Shown piece after piece: positions 58,067 through 64,000 of a stretch of DNA of 64,000 nt. The position numbers and the translations under genes were made by a program. This stretch comes from Deltaproteobacteria bacterium (GTDB lineage Bacteria; Myxococcota_A; Polyangia; Fen-1088): the NCBI GenBank assembly GCA_033763315.1, contig JANRKS010000019.1, positions 320,001-384,000 on the forward strand. Direction: 5' to 3'. The notes under the pieces were generated by a model that saw nothing but the letters and a program-made list of their open reading frames with translations, was not told where the DNA came from and made no database searches. The first letter of the stretch is position 1. Each line of letters starts with the position of its first letter.

Positions 58067-59259
58067 GCTGGCTTGATGAATTGGGGCCCGAAGGCGAGGC
58101 CTTGCACAAAGGTTTACAGGCAGCGCAAGATCGCACCGGCGATGAACTCACGCGCCGTCGTTTGTGGGCACAGCTGGCGCACGTGCGGCCGGCGAAGATG
58201 AAGCGTCGGCGCTGGCCAAAACCGGTGTTTGGTTTTGCGGCGGCCGCGTGCATCGGCGCCCTTGTGTATGTGACGTGGCCAACCGGAAAGGGGCCCGTAC
58301 AAATGGCTTCGAATACGCCGCCCGCGCCGGTGGCACAGGAAGCGGCGTCGCGTTCGCCGTCGTTTTTGCAGGGCCCGGCCGTGGTGCGAACCGGAAAAGA
58401 CGAGACCATGCACGTGAGGTTGCGAGGTGGCGCGCGCTTGGCGTTGGCCACGCAAACGCAGCTTGTCCTAAGCGCGCAAGACGCACCAGAAGTGAAGATC
58501 GGCACCGTATCGCTTGAGGTGCCCAAACAAGAGCCGGGCAAGCACTTTCACGTTGTGGCGGGGCCATTCAAGGTGGTTGTGGTCGGTACGCGCTTCACCG
58601 TGTCGGTGCGCCCCGAGAGCGTGGGCGTTGAGGTGCAAGAGGGCGTGGTTGAAGTTGAACGTGAGGGGGGCGCCGTGCGTCTTGAAGCCGGTCAAAATTG
58701 GACGGGGTGGCTTGTGGCGCCGCCCGCTCAACATGGGGCCGCGGCCGCGACGCGTGTCCACCCGCCGGTGGCGCGCCTTGTGCCACGGACACGATCGACG
58801 GGTCCTGTTGTGGTGCCATCCTTAGAGCCGCAAACGAGCCCTCCGGCTGTGATCACAACGCCACCTGCGGCGCCAAGTTTGGCCGTGCAGGCGCGCAATG
58901 CTTTGAAAGCGGGCGACACCGATCGTGCCTTGGCACTGCTGCAGACGCTCGCGGCGCAAAGTGGGCCCGGCAGCGAGAATGCCGTTTATGAGATGGGCCG
59001 CATTTGGCGCGATTTGAAGCGCCAACCGCGCAAAGCCCTCGACGTGTGGCGTGCCTATCAGTTTTCGCACCCTGCCGGCTTGCTTCGTCACGAAGTGGAT
59101 CTTTCGGTGATTGAAACGTTTGTGGCGCTTGGGGACACGAGCCATGCGTTGATTGAAGCAGAGGCGTTCTTGGCAAAGTACCCGCGCTCTGAACGTCGTT
59201 CGGAAGTCGTTCGCCTCAAACAACTGTTGCTTGATCGGCAAGCGCCTGCTGGTCCGTGA
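58063..59259 (+). CDS. FecR-domain anti-sigma factor with C-terminal TPR-like region
   Basis: ATGA overlap with the sigma gene, single TM, VVGTRFTV...VQEGVVEV (FecR), Pro linker and helical end FLAKYPRS. Confidence 0.88.
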   Translation: MSWLDELGPEGEALHKGLQAAQDRTGDELTRRRLWAQLAHVRPAKMKRRRWPKPVFGFAAAACIGALVYVTWPTGKGPVQMASNTPPAPVAQEAASRSPSFLQGPAVVRTGKDETMHVRLRGGARLALATQTQLVLSAQDAPEVKIGTVSLEVPKQEPGKHFHVVAGPFKVVVVGTRFTVSVRPESVGVEVQEGVVEVEREGGAVRLEAGQNWTGWLVAPPAQHGAAAATRVHPPVARLVPRTRSTGPVVVPSLEPQTSPPAVITTPPAAPSLAVQARNALKAGDTDRALALLQTLAAQSGPGSENAVYEMGRIWRDLKRQPRKALDVWRAYQFSHPAGLLRHEVDLSVIETFVALGDTSHALIEAEAFLAKYPRSERRSEVVRLKQLLLDRQAPAGP

Positions 59260-59272
59260 GGCGAGGCCCGTG

Positions 59273-60427
59273 ATGATCGGCATGCGAGCCGTGCATACTG
59301 GTTTTGTGTTGGCGTTCCTCGGCGTCGCCGTCGCGGCGTGCACGCAACAGCTTGATCTCGGCACGCAAAGCACGCGCACAGACGACGCCGCGATGCCGGA
59401 GGATACCAATGGAGCCGGCGGGCAAGCGCCGATCGGCGGTACTTCGGCAGGGGGCGGAGGCGGTACCTCGGCAGGCGGCGGAGGCGGTGCTTCGGGGGGC
59501 CGCGGCGGGCAGGGGGGCCTGGCATGCGAAACCACAATGTTTGACGTGCCATTTGACCCTGGCCGGCCGTTCGCGTTCGTGGCGGTGCAGCGATCGACTT
59601 CGATGCTCGAAAAAGTGGGGGAGCGTTCCAAGCTGGAGCTGGTGGGACACGTGCTGGGCAAGACGTTCAGCGATCGGCGGTTGCCAGTGGGGTTCGTGCA
59701 GTTTCCCGGCTATCAACCGTTGTGTGACGCCGAGGCGTCTTGCTGTTCCACCGATATTTTGCTGACGCCGAAAGCCGACGCAGGACGCATGATCGAGCGT
59801 CTGGTCCTTTGCCAAGAGCAACCTTCGTCGTGTTTTCAGACCGTGGCCTCGGTGCCCACGGCCGCCGCTTTACAACGCGTGCGTGTGTTCATCAAAGGGC
59901 TAAATGTGCCGGGCCGACGAACAATTTTGTTGTTCACGGACAGCGATCCCGCGTGCGGCGGGCAAAGCGTTTGCGATCAAACCATTGCTGAAACGGCGGG
60001 CCTGTTTCAAGAGGACGTCGATACCTTCGTGTTGCCTTTGGGCGCCAGTTCCGCTCAAGCCTCGTGCTTGCCGCGCATCGCGCGTGCGGGCGACACTTTG
60101 CCCGTGGATGCGCCCCTGCCAGCAATAACATCGGAGCCGGGCCTTTATGCCGCCGTGGACGCTGCCTTGGACACGATCGAAAAAGGCTTTTGCGAGTTGT
60201 CGCTGCGTTTTGCTTCCCGTCAGCCCGAACAACTGCGCGTTTTCATCGACGGTGTTGAAGTGCCCCGGGCGGGAGCGAAGCCTTCGTCATCCAGCTTCAT
60301 GTTCGCGAAGGGGTCATCCACCCGCATCACCATCAATGGAGCCGCCTGTGAGACTTTGAAGCGGCGCCCCGCTGACATCCGCATCTACCAAGCTTGCTGT
60401 GCCAACGATCGCGACTGCCGCCCGTGA
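59273..60427 (+). CDS. vWA-domain lipoprotein (CglB-like) with degenerate MIDAS motif
   Basis: Lipobox VAAC, Gly linker, VAVQRSTSM (DxSxS variant), VPTAAAL, ILLFTDSDPAC, TFVLPLG and many Cys. The start could be 59273 or 59282. Confidence 0.78.
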   Translation: MIGMRAVHTGFVLAFLGVAVAACTQQLDLGTQSTRTDDAAMPEDTNGAGGQAPIGGTSAGGGGGTSAGGGGGASGGRGGQGGLACETTMFDVPFDPGRPFAFVAVQRSTSMLEKVGERSKLELVGHVLGKTFSDRRLPVGFVQFPGYQPLCDAEASCCSTDILLTPKADAGRMIERLVLCQEQPSSCFQTVASVPTAAALQRVRVFIKGLNVPGRRTILLFTDSDPACGGQSVCDQTIAETAGLFQEDVDTFVLPLGASSAQASCLPRIARAGDTLPVDAPLPAITSEPGLYAAVDAALDTIEKGFCELSLRFASRQPEQLRVFIDGVEVPRAGAKPSSSSFMFAKGSSTRITINGAACETLKRRPADIRIYQACCANDRDCRP

Positions 60428-60438
60428 CGACGTTTTTT

Positions 60439-60468
60439 TGACGAACCCCGGGCCTCGCTGCCTCCAAC
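60439..60468 (+). promoter_or_regulatory. Putative ECF-sigma promoter, copy 2
   Basis: TGACGAA-N14-GCCTCCAAC upstream of the Cys-rich lipoprotein gene. Confidence 0.65.
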
Positions 60469-60522
60469 GGTCAACAAAGCGCTGAGATGGTGCTTTGCGA
60501 TTTTCATCTCTTGGAGGTTTTC

Positions 60523-61314
60523 ATGTCACGTAGAGCGTCTTGGCTTTGGGTTAACGCCGGTGTTTTGGTGTTGGGGCTGGCCGTCTATGGTTGCAGTTCT
60601 GACGACAGCGGATTGGATATGGACGACGCTGGCGACGGCCAAGGTGGCTCGTTGGGCGCGGGACAAGACGGTGGCCTCAACGTGGGAGGTGGCAACGTGC
60701 CTGGCAATGGAGGCAACGGACCTTCGGGAGAAGGCGGAGCCGTGGGCGGCGGCGGAAACAGTCCAGCGCAAGGTGGCGCGAGCGCCCAAGGTGGCAACGG
60801 TGGCGCAGCGGTCCAAGGTGGCAACGGTGGGGCGGCGGCCCAAGGCGGCCGCGGGGGCGCGACGCAATCAAGTTGCAGCGTGGGTTCGATGTGTACGAAC
60901 GCTCAAACATGCATGGGCTCATGCAATGCGAATGGCCAGGCCGGCACGCGTTCCTGTTTGTGTGTCGGCAACGGATATTTCTGCGGCGAATGCGTTCGGA
61001 ACATGCAGGCCGATGCAGGTGTGATGCTTCCCAACGCCTGTCCCGCGAATCCTCAAGGCACGGCGTGCACGCAGAGCAACGGCTTTTGTGCGGTTGGAAC
61101 GGGTGCAATGGCCTCTGTCTGCATCTGCTCGAATGAGAAATTCTTCTGCCCTGGGTTGGCAGCCCCGCAAGGCTCGGCAGCGTGCCCCACGAACCCACAA
61201 GGCAAAAGCTGCCAAGAGCCTGGCAGCGTGTGTTCAGCTTCAGCCACAACGTCGTGTTTGTGCCGCCAAGGCCGCAACAACCAACGCGCTTGGGTCTGCG
61301 GTTTCAATCCATAA
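60523..61314 (+). CDS. Lipoprotein with Gly-rich linker and Cys-rich repeats
   Basis: GGAGG RBS, lipobox VYGC, AQGGNGGA repeats, and three modules ending CxC...[YFW]xC (e.g. ACPANPQGTAC / ACPTNPQGKSC). Confidence 0.8.
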   Translation: MSRRASWLWVNAGVLVLGLAVYGCSSDDSGLDMDDAGDGQGGSLGAGQDGGLNVGGGNVPGNGGNGPSGEGGAVGGGGNSPAQGGASAQGGNGGAAVQGGNGGAAAQGGRGGATQSSCSVGSMCTNAQTCMGSCNANGQAGTRSCLCVGNGYFCGECVRNMQADAGVMLPNACPANPQGTACTQSNGFCAVGTGAMASVCICSNEKFFCPGLAAPQGSAACPTNPQGKSCQEPGSVCSASATTSCLCRQGRNNQRAWVCGFNP

Positions 61315-61349
61315 AAGGAAAAAGGGAGCCTAAGCCCCCTTGCTAACGC

Positions 61350-61401
61350 AACGCCAGCGAGCCGTGGGATCGATCCCCCCGCGCCGCTGGCGTTTTCTTT
61401 T
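61350..61401. terminator. Terminator hairpin between convergent genes
   Basis: AACGCCAGCG...CGCTGGCGTT followed by TTCTTTT. Confidence 0.6.
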
Positions 61402-61406
61402 GCCCC

Positions 61407-62771
61407 TTACTTCTTTTTCAGGTCGTCCTTCTTGGGCAAGACGCGGTCCACTTGCCATTGCGGCGCAAGCATCACATCCGCAGTGCCCGCCACTTGCACG
61501 TGGTAACTGGCTTTGTCTGCTGTGGCTGATCCGATCTTCAACGCACAACCCGCACCCTTATTCTTGGACTTCACAGTCACAGTGGCGGTGGGCTTATCAA
61601 GACCGGTGGCGGCGGGCGCGTTCGATTCTGCGAAGGCGGTGCCTTTCCAGTCGGCAAAGTAGCCGGCGATGGCAGTGGCTTTCGCTGCATCCAATTCGAT
61701 GCCTGAAAGTTGGCCGAGCTTCCATTGATCGGCGGCGGCACCTTTGGTGAGCGTGAACGGATCTTCTTTGCGTGAAACGGCCACCTCTTGCACGTCGCCC
61801 GCAGGCACGTTGCACAGCAACTTTTCCCGGAAGTCGGCGGGGCGCTTGTTGACCCGTTCAATGTTCCACTTCTTAGCGATGAAAACCTGGTCGGCGCCTT
61901 CGCGCTTCACGTAGAAATCTTCATCGCCTTTTTTGTTGCCGATCAACAGGGTGTGGCTTTTGCCGTCTTTGGTGGCAACCGTGATTGTTAGCTTCGGGCT
62001 GCCGAGGCCGGTCTCTTCGGGCTTGGCCTCGTCGGCAAAATCATTGGCGCGCAGGTTCGCTGCACCGCTGACGATGCCCTCGGGTACGGACTTATCAAGG
62101 TGCGTGATCGGTAGGCTGCTTTCCTTGACCTGCCAACCCTCGTCGCCGCCTGCGCCCGCATCGGCGTCTTTGGTTGCTTTTTCCATGACCACCCGCGATC
62201 CGTCTGCCGCCTTGACCTCAAGCCGGTTCGCGTCGCCTTCGGTGAAGGTGGTGATCGCTTTGTCGCGCCAGCCGGCGGTGTCCTTATCAAACTTGTATTT
62301 GAGTGAGCCTTTGGCCTGCCACACCTCGTCTTTGCCATCCAAACGCACCAGCGTTTGCGCCCCGAGGCTTTTGCCGATGAAAAGGTTGGCGACGGGCTTG
62401 TCAGCCTTTTTCGCCACCACGTGTAAGGCGCCGTCACCCACTTCGAATTCCTTGTGCTTGGCTTTTTGATCGGAGATCACGCTGCCGAACGCCAGCTGCT
62501 CGATTCCCTCGAAGGCCTCCTTGGCAGCTTCCTTATCGGCCGCGTAAGCCACGGGGGCCGCCACCTTATACTCGTCGCCGTTGCGCTTGAGTGTTGTGGC
62601 TTTTCCGGCTTTTGTGATCTCAAGCGTGTCGAAATCAGACGCGCTGAGCTTGGGCACGGGGCGTGGACCATCACCCACGCGTTGCCCCTTCTCCGGTGAT
62701 TTAAGGACTGTGAATGCAACTATGCCCAAGACGGCAAACGCGCCGCCGGCGATCAATGTTTTCTTGTTCAT
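61407..62771 (-). CDS. DUF4340-domain membrane-anchored periplasmic protein
   Basis: N-terminal TM and three repeats such as TGLGSPKLTITV...LLIG / TGLDKPTATVTV...LKIG; lies downstream of the GldG-like gene. Confidence 0.82.
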   Translation of the reverse strand: MNKKTLIAGGAFAVLGIVAFTVLKSPEKGQRVGDGPRPVPKLSASDFDTLEITKAGKATTLKRNGDEYKVAAPVAYAADKEAAKEAFEGIEQLAFGSVISDQKAKHKEFEVGDGALHVVAKKADKPVANLFIGKSLGAQTLVRLDGKDEVWQAKGSLKYKFDKDTAGWRDKAITTFTEGDANRLEVKAADGSRVVMEKATKDADAGAGGDEGWQVKESSLPITHLDKSVPEGIVSGAANLRANDFADEAKPEETGLGSPKLTITVATKDGKSHTLLIGNKKGDEDFYVKREGADQVFIAKKWNIERVNKRPADFREKLLCNVPAGDVQEVAVSRKEDPFTLTKGAAADQWKLGQLSGIELDAAKATAIAGYFADWKGTAFAESNAPAATGLDKPTATVTVKSKNKGAGCALKIGSATADKASYHVQVAGTADVMLAPQWQVDRVLPKKDDLKKK

Positions 62772-62808
62772 CGTAAACCTCGGTCAGGAATGACAGGGAA
62801 GCCGTGGT

Positions 62809-64000
62809 CTAAAGCGCCATCGCGGCGCGCGTCTTGCGGCGGAAGCCCCAGCGCACCAAACCAAACAAACAGAACGCCAAGGGCAAGCCCAGCACGTTCA
62901 ACCAGGTGAGTGTTGCGGGTTGGCTCTCAGATTCGAAGGTCAGCGGTCGCGGCGCCAAGGTCTTGTTGCGCAGCGGTGTCATCGTTTCATCCTCCGCGGC
63001 CCACGAGATGGCGTTGAACATCAAGGCGGCCCCCGTGGCGTAGGATTGCAGCAACGGGTGGCGCGCCAAACCTACGAACTCATCATTCGCAAAGTCTGAG
63101 TCGGCCATGACCACCAAGCGCACCTTCGCTTCTTGTGGTGCCGCCGTTTGGCCCGAGACAGGCGCCGCTGCGCTTGGATCGGGGAAGGCCGTCTTAAGCT
63201 GGCCCGCATACGCATAGCCGAACGCGAAAGGCCCCAGTTCCTTCGAAGGCGTAAAGTCAGTGGTGGGTGTGAGCACGAAGAAGCCCGTGTGTCGCCAAGC
63301 CTCTTTCGTTGAGCCCGCCAACTTCCACAACTTGCCATTGGCAGCCTTGCCATCTTTAAGTGGCCCGACCAAGTCGAGGCTGCTGGGGTAGGGGAGCACC
63401 ACGCCGCGCAGGCCCGATACAATCGACAGATCCTTTTGTTCTTCGACGGCCGACACCACGTAAACGGGTGCGTTCATCAACATCATGCGGCCGTTCATGT
63501 TCACCGGCCCGGGAGTGTTGGATTGCGGCTCGAAAATGAAGTCCTGGTTCACTTTGAAGCCATAGGCCTCAAGCAACTTATCCATGCCGTGGTTGTTGGG
63601 CTGGCCCATCTTGATCTGGCCCATGCCGCCCATCTGCATGCCTTGTTGCCCGGGCGAGGTCATCGCCATGCCGTCGGCCAAGATGATCGCGCCTTTGCCC
63701 TTCATCAGGTACTTGTCGATCTCGCGCAGGGCCTTTTCATCCAACGCCTGCTTGGGGCCGCCCACCACCAGCAGGTCGACGTCGGCGCCGATCTCGGCTT
63801 GCGAGGGGTTCACGGAGGTGAGCTCGTACTCTTTCTCCATGTCTTCTTTGATCGCCTGGAAGCCCTGGCTGGTTTCGGCCTCGCCGTGGCCCGTGGTGAA
63901 TGCGATCTTTCGCTTCTTCTGGGTCATGCGCTTGATGAGCGAGGTGAGCTGGTATTCCAATCCCTCGGAACGCGCCACCTGCGGTATCGATTCGGTCTGG
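62809..64000 (-). CDS. GldG-family ABC-transporter auxiliary component (5' end outside the window)
   Basis: EYQLTSLI, IAFTTGHGE, LLVVGGPK, RLVVMADSDF, NAISW, and a C-terminal TM followed by RRK. Confidence 0.88.
   Translation of the reverse strand, partial: QTESIPQVARSEGLEYQLTSLIKRMTQKKRKIAFTTGHGEAETSQGFQAIKEDMEKEYELTSVNPSQAEIGADVDLLVVGGPKQALDEKALREIDKYLMKGKGAIILADGMAMTSPGQQGMQMGGMGQIKMGQPNNHGMDKLLEAYGFKVNQDFIFEPQSNTPGPVNMNGRMMLMNAPVYVVSAVEEQKDLSIVSGLRGVVLPYPSSLDLVGPLKDGKAANGKLWKLAGSTKEAWRHTGFFVLTPTTDFTPSKELGPFAFGYAYAGQLKTAFPDPSAAAPVSGQTAAPQEAKVRLVVMADSDFANDEFVGLARHPLLQSYATGAALMFNAISWAAEDETMTPLRNKTLAPRPLTFESESQPATLTWLNVLGLPLAFCLFGLVRWGFRRKTRAAMAL

Overview
GC-rich bacterial chromosome segment, most likely from a Myxococcota member (three tandem bactofilins, a MYXO-CTERM-like sorting tail, many Gly-rich lipoproteins, an ECF-FecR-vWA cluster); the taxonomy is inferred. 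Housekeeping blocks are hisS and tRNA-Val(CAC), pyrR-pyrB...pyrC-carA, coaBC-udg, purF, prfB (programmed +1 frameshift)-lysS-lolC/E-lolD-bamA-skp-fabZ, and a GldG/DUF4340 pair at the right edge. Five things stand out. (1) A tightly coupled 7-gene minus-strand operon: corA, papain-like peptidase, RLAN/RimK ATP-grasp ligase, GCS2 ligase, N-formylglutamate amidohydrolase, pseudo-receiver sigma-54 activator, treZ. It looks like a peptide or amide synthesis-and-turnover system with an unknown product. (2) A cell-surface signalling cluster without a TonB receptor (barrel, ECF sigma, FecR/TPR, vWA lipoprotein, Cys-rich lipoprotein). The same bipartite motif, TGACGAA-N14-GCCTCYAAC, precedes both the sigma gene and the last gene. 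(3) A ~5.3 kb accessory patch splitting pyrB from pyrC, holding a nucleotidyltransferase two-gene module, an ABC-F ATPase, Phd/VapC, a lipoprotein and a Uma2 pseudogene. (4) lpxD and lpxA are absent from the bamA-skp-fabZ cluster. (5) A secreted DUF1080/TIM-barrel fusion. All family calls come from motif recognition by eye, not database searches.
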